Positions 7,786-20,760 of a DNA stretch of 64,000 nt are shown here, piece by piece (within the stretch, counting starts at the first letter, position 1; every line of letters starts with the position of its first letter). This DNA is from Oscillospiraceae bacterium (lineage in GTDB: Bacteria > Bacillota > Clostridia > Oscillospirales > CAG-272). Both the position numbers and the translations under genes were made by a program. The notes below the pieces were generated by a model. It saw nothing but the letters and a program-made list of their open reading frames with translations, was not told where the DNA came from and searched no databases. Location of the stretch: positions 10,077 to 74,076 of the forward strand of contig SVST01000007.1 of NCBI GenBank assembly GCA_015064155.1, written 5' to 3'.

Positions 7786-10263
7786 ATGAAAAAGAGAAGC
7801 TTGCTCTTGTTTGTAATCTCCTTGTTGATTTTCAGCATGGTGTTTGTGGGATGCTCGAAAAAATCCGATGATCCCGTAAAGCCTACCGAAAAGCCGACCG
7901 AGCAGATAACAGAGCCCGATGAATCCAACGAGCCTGTTGGAACCACCGACCCGATCGGAACCGAAGAGCCTTCCGAGAGCGATTCGACAGAGGATGCCTC
8001 CGAGCCCTCTGAATCCGAGCCCTCGACCGATGCGCCCGAGGAGCCGTCCGAGCCGACCCCTCCCGCTTGCGTACATAACTATGACCGTTGGGAAGTGGTC
8101 CGTGCCGCAACCTGTAAGGAAAAGGGCGAGCAAAAGGTCTTCTGCTCTGCTTGCGATGCGCGAAAGGTCGAAGAGATTCCGGTTGCTCCCACGCATGCTT
8201 ACGGTGAAGACGGGGTGTGTGAGGTATGCGGAGTAGCCTTGGAGGACGGATCCCATCACGGCATTTACCACCTTGAGGACAGTACGATGACCGCAACCCT
8301 TAGGTCTTTCGCTGACAGCAGCTGTCAGATTATCGTCATTCCCGAAAAGATCTACGGATATACCGTAACCGAAATTGCAGCGGGCGCATTTTCCGAATGC
8401 GAAAACGCGCTTCGTATTGTGATCCCGAACACGGTTCTCAAGATCGGTGACGGAGCGTTCTACGGTTGCTCCGAATTGGTTGAGGTGATCAACCTTGCCG
8501 CATGGGAGCTGACCGCAGGGGAGGCAGCAGAGAGCCTTTGCATCGATTCGTCCGTTGCAGTACACAACGGTGTTCCCAAGCTGTATATTATCGACGGCTT
8601 GAAGTTCCTTGAGGACGGCTCGGAGTTCCGTTTGCTGGGCAAGGATATGACATCCCTCTCCGAATTGAATCTTCCCGCCGACGTTCTCGGCAAGCCCTAC
8701 CGCATCGATGCGGATGCATTTGCATATAACACGGAAATTACCTCCGTAACCATTCCTGCCGGTGTGATTTCGATCGGCGAGGGTGCGTTTGCGGGTTGTA
8801 CGTCCTTGAAGACCTTGACGATTGCCGAGGATAGCTTGACCGCGATCAGCGCAAGCGCCTTCCGCGACTGTACCGCCTTGAACGCGGTTCAGCTGCCGAA
8901 CTCCGTAAAGGTTGTCGGAATGTCTGCGTTCCAGAACTGTACGGCACTTACCAAGATAACCATCAAGGAAATTACCCGAATTGAGAGCTCTGCCTTTGCG
9001 GGCTGTACCGCTTTGCAGATGGTGACGCTTCCCGAAACCTTGACCGACGTACAGAGCTATGCTTTCTATGGCAGCGGTCTTGTGGAGATCGAGATTCCCA
9101 AGAGCGTGGCAGTGATCGGTGATTACGCATTCGCCGAATGCCGTGAGCTTTTGGAGGTGAAGATCAATACGGGTGTTGAGCGAATCGGCAAGTCTGCGTT
9201 TGCGGCTTGCGTGAAGCTGCACGACGTGGAGATCCCCCGCAGCGTAACCGTGATTGCCGAAAAGGCATTCTCCAACTGTGCTGCATTGGACACCATTTTG
9301 ATTCCCAACAGCGTGTCCGTGATTGAGAACGGCTTGCTTTCCGGTTGTACAGGCTTGGTTCAGATCGTTCTTCCCGAGGGTGTCGTTGCTATTGGAAATA
9401 CGGCATTCCAGGGATGCACGGCATTGACCACGGTTCAACTGCCGTCTACACTGAAATCGATCGGTGCATATGCCTTTGCCGATTGTAAGGAAATCACGAG
9501 CTTTATCGTTCCCGATGCCGTGGATTCGATTGGATTTGCAGCATTTGGCGGTATGGAAAAGCTGGCAAGCCTTGAGATTCCGTTCCTTGGCGCATCCGCT
9601 ACGGGTGAACTGAACACTCACTTTGGCTTTGTCTTTGGCGCGAATACTTATTTCGACAACGGTGACGTTCTTCCCGCAACCTTGAAGAGCGTAACCGTCA
9701 AGACCGGTGATGCGGTTGCTTCCTATGCATTCTACGGATGCGCAGGCTTGACCGAAATCAACCTGCCCGAAACCGTGAAGAGCTTTGGTGCTTACGCGTT
9801 CTCCGGCTGTTCCGCGCTTGAGAATCTGACCGTACCTACCGCGCTTGCAACGCTTGGCGATTCCGTGTTTGGCGGTTGCGATGCGTTGCCGTATAAGACC
9901 GAGGACGGTGTCTGCTACCTTGGAAACGAAGAGGCACCTTACCTGATTGCTGTGAAGCTTGCGTCCGACGACGCAACCGAAATCACGCTGAAGGAGGGCT
10001 GTAAGCTCATCGCATCCGGCGCGTTCCTCGGAAGCAAAACGCTGGTCAAGGTGACGCTTTCCGACGGTGTTGTATCGATTGGCGCGTTCGCTTTCATGAA
10101 TTGTGATGGCTTGACCGAGGTCGTTTTGCCGGATTCGCTCAAGGAGATCGGCAGACAGGCATTTATGGGATGCACGGCACTTACCGAGCTGACTCTTCCC
10201 GAATCGGTGGAGTTGATCGGTGAGGATGCATTTTTGAACAGCGGTTTGACCGAAGAGGATTGA
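7786..10263 (+). CDS. BspA-like (LRR_5) leucine-rich repeat lipoprotein
   Basis: Lipobox FVGC; E/P/S/T linker; Cys/His motifs; many xIPxSVxxIGxxAFxxC repeats. Confidence 0.9.
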   Translation: MKKRSLLLFVISLLIFSMVFVGCSKKSDDPVKPTEKPTEQITEPDESNEPVGTTDPIGTEEPSESDSTEDASEPSESEPSTDAPEEPSEPTPPACVHNYDRWEVVRAATCKEKGEQKVFCSACDARKVEEIPVAPTHAYGEDGVCEVCGVALEDGSHHGIYHLEDSTMTATLRSFADSSCQIIVIPEKIYGYTVTEIAAGAFSECENALRIVIPNTVLKIGDGAFYGCSELVEVINLAAWELTAGEAAESLCIDSSVAVHNGVPKLYIIDGLKFLEDGSEFRLLGKDMTSLSELNLPADVLGKPYRIDADAFAYNTEITSVTIPAGVISIGEGAFAGCTSLKTLTIAEDSLTAISASAFRDCTALNAVQLPNSVKVVGMSAFQNCTALTKITIKEITRIESSAFAGCTALQMVTLPETLTDVQSYAFYGSGLVEIEIPKSVAVIGDYAFAECRELLEVKINTGVERIGKSAFAACVKLHDVEIPRSVTVIAEKAFSNCAALDTILIPNSVSVIENGLLSGCTGLVQIVLPEGVVAIGNTAFQGCTALTTVQLPSTLKSIGAYAFADCKEITSFIVPDAVDSIGFAAFGGMEKLASLEIPFLGASATGELNTHFGFVFGANTYFDNGDVLPATLKSVTVKTGDAVASYAFYGCAGLTEINLPETVKSFGAYAFSGCSALENLTVPTALATLGDSVFGGCDALPYKTEDGVCYLGNEEAPYLIAVKLASDDATEITLKEGCKLIASGAFLGSKTLVKVTLSDGVVSIGAFAFMNCDGLTEVVLPDSLKEIGRQAFMGCTALTELTLPESVELIGEDAFLNSGLTEED

Positions 10264-10455
10264 ATCTGCGGGGGCGGATTGCCTCCAATCCATCATTTTA
10301 ATAAAAATGAACGTAAGACTGCAGCTTTCGTGCTTTTTGTGCGGAGGCTGCAGTTTTTCGGTTTAGACGCTTGGAAACCTGAGGTGTTTGTGGAATCGGT
10401 TGGATTCCGCACAGTAGGATTGGGGATATTTTTCGTAAGTGACATGCCTTTCGGG

Positions 10456-10484
10456 TTGACAAACGGTAGGTTCTATGTTATAAT
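10456..10484 (+). promoter_or_regulatory. sigma-A promoter of LRR lipoprotein 2
   Basis: TTGACA-17-TATAAT perfect consensus. Confidence 0.8.
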
Positions 10485-10543
10485 CTACCTATCGGAAGCA
10501 TATTTCTGCGTTCCTGCGCAGATCCGATATAGGAGGAACGTTC

Positions 10544-11878
10544 ATGAACAAAAGATATTCATACTTGCTGATCTTTTGTCTTTTGCTGCTATGCGTGTGC
10601 TTTGGGGCTTGCTCGAAGGACGACGATCAGGAGCCCGTGGAAACCCAGCCGCCGATCGAGAATTCCCCGGGCGATCTTTCCCATTCGCACGCATACGGCG
10701 AAAACGATTTGTGTGAAATTTGCGGAGAAGCCTATGTAAACAGAGGGCTGTCCTTTGAGATCAAGGACGGTGCTTGCACGGTTACCAAGTATCAGGGCAC
10801 GGCAACGGTTGTCAATATTCCGTCGAAATATAAGGGAGTTGCCGTTACCGCGATTGGGGAAGAGTGCTTTTCCTACCATCTTTTTATTGAGCAGGTTTTG
10901 ATCCCGAAGAGTGTACGGAGTATTGAAAAGAAAGCGTTTTTGGGATGCGTGGCGTTGAGCGAGCTTCGTTTGCCGGACTCTTTGGAAAGTATTGGCAACA
11001 GCGCATTTATGGGGTGCGAGAGCTTGACGGAGGTTGTGTTGCCCGATTCCGTAACCTTGCTTGACGAGGGCGCGTTTGCCCTCTGTACGGCAATGACGAA
11101 ATTTACCATGGGCAGCGGAATTACAAGACCCGGAAAATATGTCTTCCGCAATTGCTCCAAGCTGACGGAGATTATTCTCCCCGCAACACTCAAGCTGATT
11201 TCCAACGATATGTTTGACGGTTGCGCATCTTTGTCGTCTGTTTCAATTCCGGACGGTGTAGAGGCAATCGGACACAGAGCATTTCTGAATTGCGACAGCT
11301 TGACCGACGTGGTCTTGCCCGAGAGCGTTCTGCTTCTGGGTCAGAGTGCGTTCCAAAACTGTGACGAGCTGAGCAGCATCACCATTCCCGAAAGCATGCT
11401 TGAAATTCGGGAATCGGCATTTGAAAACTGTACCGCACTTTCAACCGTCCGCATTTCCAATATCAAGAACTGGTGTCAAATCCGCTTTCTGTCCAATTAC
11501 TCCAATCCCTTGTCGTACGGCGCGGGACTGTATTTGAATGGTGAGCTGGTGGAGGATTTGGTGCTTCCCGAGGGAATCACGACGCTTACGTATTTCGCGT
11601 TCTTCGATTACGCGTATCTGAAGTCGGTCGTCTTGCCGGAAAGCCTGCTTGAAATCGGCGGCTATGCCTTTGGGCGGTGCCAAGCCCTGCGGGAGCTGGA
11701 ATTCAAGTCCAACATTACGAACATTTGGGAAGCGATTTTGTACGAGTGCGAAAACGTGCAGGTCATTCGATATGCGGGCACTCGCGAGCAGTGGGAGCAG
11801 ATTGAAATCTCCGAGGAAAAGCAGGACGGTCAGGATAACAGCATTCTGGAACAGTTGGTCAAGTTTCAAACGAAGTGA
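10544..11878 (+). CDS. BspA-like (LRR_5) leucine-rich repeat lipoprotein
   Basis: Lipobox FGAC; LRR_5 repeats; WCQIRF..SNPLSYGAGLYLNG and YAGTREQW motifs. Confidence 0.9.
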   Translation: MNKRYSYLLIFCLLLLCVCFGACSKDDDQEPVETQPPIENSPGDLSHSHAYGENDLCEICGEAYVNRGLSFEIKDGACTVTKYQGTATVVNIPSKYKGVAVTAIGEECFSYHLFIEQVLIPKSVRSIEKKAFLGCVALSELRLPDSLESIGNSAFMGCESLTEVVLPDSVTLLDEGAFALCTAMTKFTMGSGITRPGKYVFRNCSKLTEIILPATLKLISNDMFDGCASLSSVSIPDGVEAIGHRAFLNCDSLTDVVLPESVLLLGQSAFQNCDELSSITIPESMLEIRESAFENCTALSTVRISNIKNWCQIRFLSNYSNPLSYGAGLYLNGELVEDLVLPEGITTLTYFAFFDYAYLKSVVLPESLLEIGGYAFGRCQALRELEFKSNITNIWEAILYECENVQVIRYAGTREQWEQIEISEEKQDGQDNSILEQLVKFQTK

Positions 11879-11945
11879 ATTGAAACGGCATTGCGATTTT
11901 TTGCATGAAAACGATTGAATATCAACAGAAGAGGAGGCTTTATTT

Positions 11946-12587
11946 ATGCCAAACGGAACATCCTATAAGGTAAAAACCAAACAGAAGAACTTATTTTTGC
12001 GCGTGACGAAGGGTCATTTTGCAACCAGCCATAGCCATATCAATCATTATATTGACGTCACAACGCAAAAAACGCGTTTGTCCGAGGCAAAGGCAGTGGC
12101 AAAGGAGCTGGTTTCCTACTATAATCAAAGTACGATCGTGGATACCGTTCTGTGTCTTGACGGTACGGAGGTTATCGGAACCTGCCTTGCAAACGAGCTG
12201 ACCAAGAGTGACTTTTTGAACATGAATGCGCATCAGACCATTTACGTGGCAACCCCCGAGCATACCTCGGGCAGTCAGCTGCTGTTCCGCGACAATATCG
12301 TACCGATGATTCAGGGCAAGCACGTGTTGGTTCTTGCCGCATCGGTGACCACGGGCTATACGGTGCAGGCGGCTGCCGAGGCAATCGGCTATTACGGCGG
12401 TTACGTGGCGGGCATCAGCGCGATCTTTACCACGATGGAGGAATGCATGGGACATCCCGTGCGTGCGATCTTCCAAACCAAGGATTTGGAGGATTACAAA
12501 ACGTATCCCTCTCACGATTGCCCGCTTTGCAAGAAGGGCGAAAAAATTGACGCACTTGTCAACAGCTTCGGGTATTCCAAGCTTTGA
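11946..12587 (+). CDS. Type I phosphoribosyltransferase-fold protein (OPRT-like, divergent)
   Basis: GHF..SH..YID, GKHVLVLAASVTTG, C-terminal CPLC. Confidence 0.7.
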   Translation: MPNGTSYKVKTKQKNLFLRVTKGHFATSHSHINHYIDVTTQKTRLSEAKAVAKELVSYYNQSTIVDTVLCLDGTEVIGTCLANELTKSDFLNMNAHQTIYVATPEHTSGSQLLFRDNIVPMIQGKHVLVLAASVTTGYTVQAAAEAIGYYGGYVAGISAIFTTMEECMGHPVRAIFQTKDLEDYKTYPSHDCPLCKKGEKIDALVNSFGYSKL

Positions 12588-12613
12588 CGGGAATGTGTCT
12601 TATCACAAAGGTA

Positions 12614-12645
12614 GGAGAATCCCTGTGGGGGTTCTCCTTTTTGTT
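12614..12645 (+). terminator. Rho-independent terminator
   Basis: AGGAGAATCCC-TGTG-GGGGTTCTCCT plus T tract. Confidence 0.75.
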
Positions 12646-12692
12646 TGTTCTTTAATTGTTTAATTAAAAAAGTAAAGAAATATAAAAAAACA

Positions 12693-12721
12693 TTGACAGA
12701 TTTATTTTTTTCTGTTATAAT
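12693..12721 (+). promoter_or_regulatory. sigma-A promoter
   Basis: TTGACA-17-TATAAT. Confidence 0.8.
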
Positions 12722-12804
12722 GAGATTGTAGGACAAAAGAAATAAAAATGTTCACAAAACAAACTGTTTTTTGTTCAAAACAACCAATAATAGGAGGTTT
12801 GACC

Positions 12805-14313
12805 ATGAAAAAATTATGTATCATGCTATTGCTACTCGGCTTAGTTCTTGGTTGCCTATACGGTTGCGGAGCCGAAAGTGATGACCCATCTGTAACGACG
12901 GATGAAAAGACCGATGCATCGAGCTTGGATGATGCTTCATTGTCTGACGAGCCTATGTCTTCCGACGAGCCTACGTCTTCCGAAGAGCCTGCGTCTTCCG
13001 AGGAGCCTGAATCTTCCGAGGAACCTGAATCTTCCGAGGAACCTGAATCTTCCAACGAGCCTGCGTCTTCCGAAGAGCCCGAATCTTCCGAGGAACCTGA
13101 ATCTTCCAACGAGCCTGCGTCTTCCGAAGAGCCCGAATCTTCCGAGGAGCCCGAATCTTCCAACGAGCCTGCGTCTTCCGAGGAGCCTGCATCTTCCGAA
13201 GAGCCTACGTCTTCCGAAGAGCCTACGTCTTCCGAAGAGCCTATGTCTTCCGAAGAGCCTACGTCTTCCGAAGAGCCGACAACTTCCGATGATCCCTCTA
13301 TAAAAGCCGTTTTGGCAGATCGTCCGTACGGCAATGCAGAAGAAAAGGCTGCATGGTTGGAAGGCTTGGGACTTCCCGATGAGAAGCCTACGCAAGCAGT
13401 TCCTTACGAGCTGTTAGATTATACAGCAGGCACGAGTGCTCCTGTTAACCGCCCCTATTTCTATGATTCCGCGCTGTTTACCAATGTTGCCGAGGTGGAA
13501 GCCTATTTTACAAAGGACGGCTCGGTTTTGGATTCTTGCCTTGCTGTTTACGAGCAGCTGAAAGCCGTTGATTATACGAAAAAGGTTGTGTTGCTGATGT
13601 CGGATTGGGTATCGGAGTTGGAAAGCCGAGAATTTATCGGTTTGGTTCGCCATGAAAAACTTCTGATTGCAACGCATACCACGGATTACGAAGGCGTAAT
13701 TGACGGTGTTTTGGTAGGGACTCCCACTTATGTCTACTGGGGTTACCTGATGGTAATCGATCGCGCTGATCTTCCCGAAAACCCGGAAGATATGGTGATT
13801 TGCAAGTGCTTTGAGTATACCAATCTCGGTGATCCTACCAACAAGGAAAGCATGGAATATCCCAACGTGCACGCGCTTACGAATTACTATGAGTTTGTAA
13901 CCGAACCTGCAGTTTCCGATGTGCCTGAAAATATTTGCGCCGTTTATGTAAACGGTGAGAAACTTGATACGTATGGCTTTTACAATGAGGATCATTTGCT
14001 GGGACTTCCGTTTCTATCCATCGTGAAAGCACTGAATGACGCAACTGTAACTTGGACGTCGGACGAAGAAGTGACGGTTCTGTATCGCGGAAAAACGTAT
14101 GTTTTGAATGTGACCCGCCGCGTTATTGAATATGAGGGACGTAATATATTGTTGGAACCCCCCGGAAATACGTTTGATCTTCTTTTTGAAGTGAGATCTG
14201 AGGAGGTCTTTATTGAGCGTGTATGGTTGTATATGGTTTGGCGATATATGGATGTTTCCGAGACACTTGAATCACAGTCGATTTATATTCAAGAAACTCC
14301 AATTGTAGAGTAA
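12805..14313 (+). CDS. Lipoprotein with SSEEP repeat stalk and possible C-terminal copper-amine-oxidase N-terminal-like domain
   Basis: AGGAGG RBS; lipobox LYGC; hexapeptide repeats; VYVNGEKL..LPFLSIVKAL..VTW pattern. Confidence 0.75.
   Translation: MKKLCIMLLLLGLVLGCLYGCGAESDDPSVTTDEKTDASSLDDASLSDEPMSSDEPTSSEEPASSEEPESSEEPESSEEPESSNEPASSEEPESSEEPESSNEPASSEEPESSEEPESSNEPASSEEPASSEEPTSSEEPTSSEEPMSSEEPTSSEEPTTSDDPSIKAVLADRPYGNAEEKAAWLEGLGLPDEKPTQAVPYELLDYTAGTSAPVNRPYFYDSALFTNVAEVEAYFTKDGSVLDSCLAVYEQLKAVDYTKKVVLLMSDWVSELESREFIGLVRHEKLLIATHTTDYEGVIDGVLVGTPTYVYWGYLMVIDRADLPENPEDMVICKCFEYTNLGDPTNKESMEYPNVHALTNYYEFVTEPAVSDVPENICAVYVNGEKLDTYGFYNEDHLLGLPFLSIVKALNDATVTWTSDEEVTVLYRGKTYVLNVTRRVIEYEGRNILLEPPGNTFDLLFEVRSEEVFIERVWLYMVWRYMDVSETLESQSIYIQETPIVE
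12958..13281 (+). repeat. Coding minisatellite, 18 x 18 bp (SS[END]EP[AETM])
   Basis: Unit TCTTCCGAAGAGCCTGCG and variants; 324 bp = 18 units. Confidence 0.95.
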
Positions 14314-14330
14314 GGAAATAAAATAATTTT

Positions 14331-14363
14331 CACGGGGGCTGTCGCATTGCGGCAGCCCCCGTG
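14331..14363. terminator. Bidirectional terminator
   Basis: CACGGGGGCTGTCGC-ATT-GCGGCAGCCCCCGTG. Confidence 0.8.
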
Positions 14364-14371
14364 GGATTTTC

Positions 14372-17524
<3,153 letters not shown>

Positions 17525-17554
17525 TTAATCTCTTTCAATAAAACATACACCTTA

Positions 17555-17583
17555 ATTATGCCATATCGGTGGCATTCTGTCAA
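17555..17583 (-). promoter_or_regulatory. sigma-A promoter of lacZ
   Basis: Minus strand TTGACA-17-CATAAT with extended TG. Confidence 0.7.
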
Positions 17584-17696
17584 GTGTGAATGTTGGATTA
17601 TTTTCCGAATTTCCAAAATTATTTTCCGAAAAGCAAAGGGACGGGAAACACCCCCACGTGTATCCCGTCCCAATTCTTGCGATTGAATCAAAGCAA

Positions 17697-18239
17697 TCAG
17701 TAGTTTTCTTTGTGAAGCTCGAAGTATGCCTGCGGATGCTTGCAAACGGGGCAGACCTCGGGAGCCTTGGTTCCCATCATGATATGACCGCAGTTACGGC
17801 ATTCCCAAACCTCTACGCCACTCTTTTCGAAAACTGCCTTGGTTTCAACGTTCTTGAGCAGAGCGCGGTAACGCTCCTCGTGCGTTTTTTCGATTGCGGC
17901 AACAGCGCGGAACTGTGCGGCGAGATCAAGGAAGCCCTCTTCCTCGGCATCCTTTGCAAAGCCGTCGTACATATCGGTCCACTCGTAGTTTTCGCCCTCG
18001 GCAGCGTGCAAAAGATTCTGTGCGGTGTCACCCAGCTCACCCAAAGCCTTGAACCACAGCTTTGCGTGCTCCTTTTCGTTCTCGGCGGTCTGCAAAAAGA
18101 GTGCGGCGATCTGCTCGTAACCGGCCTTCTTTGCAACCGATGCGAAGTAGGTGTATTTGTTTCTTGCCTGAGATTCGCCCGCAAAGGCCTCCCAAAGATT
18201 CTTTTCGGTTTTCGTGCCTGCATATTTATTGGTTGCCAT
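17697..18239 (-). CDS. rbr: Rubrerythrin
   Basis: [38 protein letters not shown]. Confidence 0.95.
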   Translation of the reverse strand: MATNKYAGTKTEKNLWEAFAGESQARNKYTYFASVAKKAGYEQIAALFLQTAENEKEHAKLWFKALGELGDTAQNLLHAAEGENYEWTDMYDGFAKDAEEEGFLDLAAQFRAVAAIEKTHEERYRALLKNVETKAVFEKSGVEVWECRNCGHIMMGTKAPEVCPVCKHPQAYFELHKENY

Positions 18240-18362
18240 TTTGAAATTCTCCTTTTCGATATTGGATTGTACAATCATTTTACCATAGCAAAAACCGATT
18301 GTCAAGAAAATTCTGCCAATTTACCGAAAAAAATTCTTTCCGCACCTCCACGCGTTTCTTGA

Positions 18363-18391
18363 TTGACAAACCGCCTTTTTTGCTGTATAAT
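18363..18391 (+). promoter_or_regulatory. sigma-A promoter of recG
   Basis: TTGACA-17-TATAAT. Confidence 0.8.
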
Positions 18392-18430
18392 AAGAGGGAA
18401 GAATCAACGTTTGAAAAAAGGAGGTGCGAT

Positions 18431-20590
18431 ATGGCAGACCTGCGGAATGAACAGATCACCGAACGCTCCCCCGTTACCGTGCTTGGCGGAGTGGGGAAGG
18501 CCCGTGCGGCGTACTATGCCAAATTGGGGATTTTTACGCTTGGGGATCTCATTGCCCATTATCCGCGCGCCTATGAAAACCGTGGGGACGTGCGTCTGCT
18601 GGCGGATGCACGCACCGACGGAAAATGTGCGGTGATCCTTACGGTTGCAACCGAGCCGAAAAGCGTGCGCCTGCGCAGCCATAAATCCTTTTTGAAGTTT
18701 CGCGCCTTCGACGACAGCGGAAGCTGTGAAATTACCTATTTCAATCAGGACTATTTGAAAAGCCGATTTCCCGTTGGCTCCGTGTACCGCTTTTTCGGAA
18801 AGGTGGAACGGGTAGGAAAGCGGTATGCGATGACAGCCCCCGTTGCCGAGGCATGGACCGAGCATACGCCACTGCCACCCTTTTGTGCGGTCTACCGTAT
18901 GACCGAGGGACTTTCGGGAGCGCAGATTGCCAAGGATATCGCCGCCGCACGGATGCTGCTGGAGCCGATTTCGGAAGACCCGTTGCCGATCGAATTGCGT
19001 GAAAAAAGAGGACTTTGTACCCGCGCGTTTGCAGAACGGAACATTCACAGTCCCGTTGATTACCATTCGCTTTGCACCGCCAGAAAACGCTTGGTGTACG
19101 ATGAATTTTTCCATTTTGCGCTTGGTGCGGCAATGACCTACAAGCGTGCCAAGGCGCACGGAGCTCCCACTTGTGAAAACGGAGATATTACGCCCTTGCT
19201 TCGTCTGTTGCCGTATCGGCTGACCCGAGCGCAGGAGCGCGCGATTGCCGATATTCGGCGCGATATGGCGTGTGACGTTCCCATGAGCCGAATCGTGGTT
19301 GGTGATGTTGGCTGCGGAAAGACGGTCTGTGCGGCAGCGGCAATGCTGATTGCTGTGCAAAACGGACGGCAGGCGGCACTCATGGCACCCACCGAGATTT
19401 TGGCGCGGCAGCATTACGAGGAGCTGTCGGCACAGTTTTCGGCAATGGGATATTCTTGCGAGCTTTTGATTGGTGCAACTACGGCTGCACAAAAGCGCAG
19501 GATCAAGGCGGCTCTTGCCGAGCAGGATCCCCAAAAGCGTTTGCAGGTGGTAATCGGGACGCACGCGCTTCTGAGCGACGGAGTTGAATTCGCCGCCCCC
19601 GGCTTGGTGGTCACCGACGAGCAGCACCGCTTTGGCGCACGGCAAAGGGCGCGGCTCTCCGAAAAAAACGCACACGCTCACCTTTTGGTGATGAGTGCCA
19701 CACCGATCCCGCGGTCGTTGGCATTGGTGCTGTACGGTGACCTGGAGCTTTCCAAGATCGATGAAATGCCCCCCGGCAGACAGCGCGTGGACACCTTTGC
19801 GGTGGATGAATCCTATCGCGAACGCTTGAATCGATTTATTGAGAAGCAGGTGAGCGAGGGCGGGCAGGTCTATATCGTGTGCCCCGCCGTGGAGGAAGAG
19901 GAAGCGGCTCCCGATGAAGTTACGCTGTCACAGATTTTTGAGGACGGTGTCAAGCAGGAGGTGCGCGCACCGCTGAAAGCCGCCGTGCAATACGCCAAGG
20001 ATCTGGAATCGGTTTTCCCGAATCTCGGTATCGGCTTTTTGCACGGACGTATGAAAAGTGCCGAAAAGGATCGCGTGATGCAGGCATTTGCTCAAAACGA
20101 AATTCAGATTTTGGTTTCCACCACCGTGATTGAGGTTGGCGTGAACGTTCCGAATGCCTCGTTGATGATCGTGGAGAATGCCGAGCGATTCGGACTTTCC
20201 CAGTTGCATCAGCTTCGCGGACGCGTAGGACGTGGATCGCGAAAATCCTATTGCGTGCTGGTGACGGCAGATACGGGAGCACTGGGAGAAAAGTCGCTGG
20301 CTCGTTTGCGTACCATGAGAACCGTGTACGATGGCTATACCATAGCGGAGGAGGATCTTACACAGCGAGGACCGGGTGACTTCTTGAGCACCTCTGCCGA
20401 TGGGGCAGTGCGTCAAAGCGGTGGACTTTCGTTCCGCTTGGCGGATGCGGGGGCGGACGTTTCGCTTTTGACTGCCGCTACGGAGGATGCACGTGCCATG
20501 CTTGCCGAGGATGCCGCGCTGAATGCATATCCGCTTTTGAAGAACCGCTTGGATGCGGTCTTTTCCGTGGAGGACGGACTGATCAGCTGA
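18431..20590 (+). CDS. recG: ATP-dependent DNA helicase RecG
   Basis: GDVGCGKT, DEQHRFG, MSATPIPR, QLHQLRGRVGRG, EEDLTQRGPG; AGGAGG RBS. Confidence 0.95.
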   Translation: MADLRNEQITERSPVTVLGGVGKARAAYYAKLGIFTLGDLIAHYPRAYENRGDVRLLADARTDGKCAVILTVATEPKSVRLRSHKSFLKFRAFDDSGSCEITYFNQDYLKSRFPVGSVYRFFGKVERVGKRYAMTAPVAEAWTEHTPLPPFCAVYRMTEGLSGAQIAKDIAAARMLLEPISEDPLPIELREKRGLCTRAFAERNIHSPVDYHSLCTARKRLVYDEFFHFALGAAMTYKRAKAHGAPTCENGDITPLLRLLPYRLTRAQERAIADIRRDMACDVPMSRIVVGDVGCGKTVCAAAAMLIAVQNGRQAALMAPTEILARQHYEELSAQFSAMGYSCELLIGATTAAQKRRIKAALAEQDPQKRLQVVIGTHALLSDGVEFAAPGLVVTDEQHRFGARQRARLSEKNAHAHLLVMSATPIPRSLALVLYGDLELSKIDEMPPGRQRVDTFAVDESYRERLNRFIEKQVSEGGQVYIVCPAVEEEEAAPDEVTLSQIFEDGVKQEVRAPLKAAVQYAKDLESVFPNLGIGFLHGRMKSAEKDRVMQAFAQNEIQILVSTTVIEVGVNVPNASLMIVENAERFGLSQLHQLRGRVGRGSRKSYCVLVTADTGALGEKSLARLRTMRTVYDGYTIAEEDLTQRGPGDFLSTSADGAVRQSGGLSFRLADAGADVSLLTAATEDARAMLAEDAALNAYPLLKNRLDAVFSVEDGLIS

Positions 20591-20760
20591 ACGGTTTTTG
20601 CGGCGGCAAAAGTTACAAAAATGGGATTCTTAAGACTGTTATTTGGAATCAATATGTAAAAATCGCAATAGAGGTCGATTTTTTTTCGACAAACCTATTG
20701 AATTTTTTAGATGATTTTGCTATAATGAATCATCAAACGTATAAAATGGGGGATATGAAT

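Noticed and set aside
7558-10296. 912-aa antisense ORF
   Set aside because: Mirror of the LRR gene; no RBS or motifs; explained by codon bias
12702-13395. Repeat ORFs in other frames (GRRRLF, PRNLNL; also RKTRAL at 26053-26817)
   Set aside because: Shadows of the minisatellites; only the SSEEP frame has an RBS and a signal peptide
20591-20760. Purine riboswitch before guaA
   Set aside because: Core motifs absent and the leader is too short
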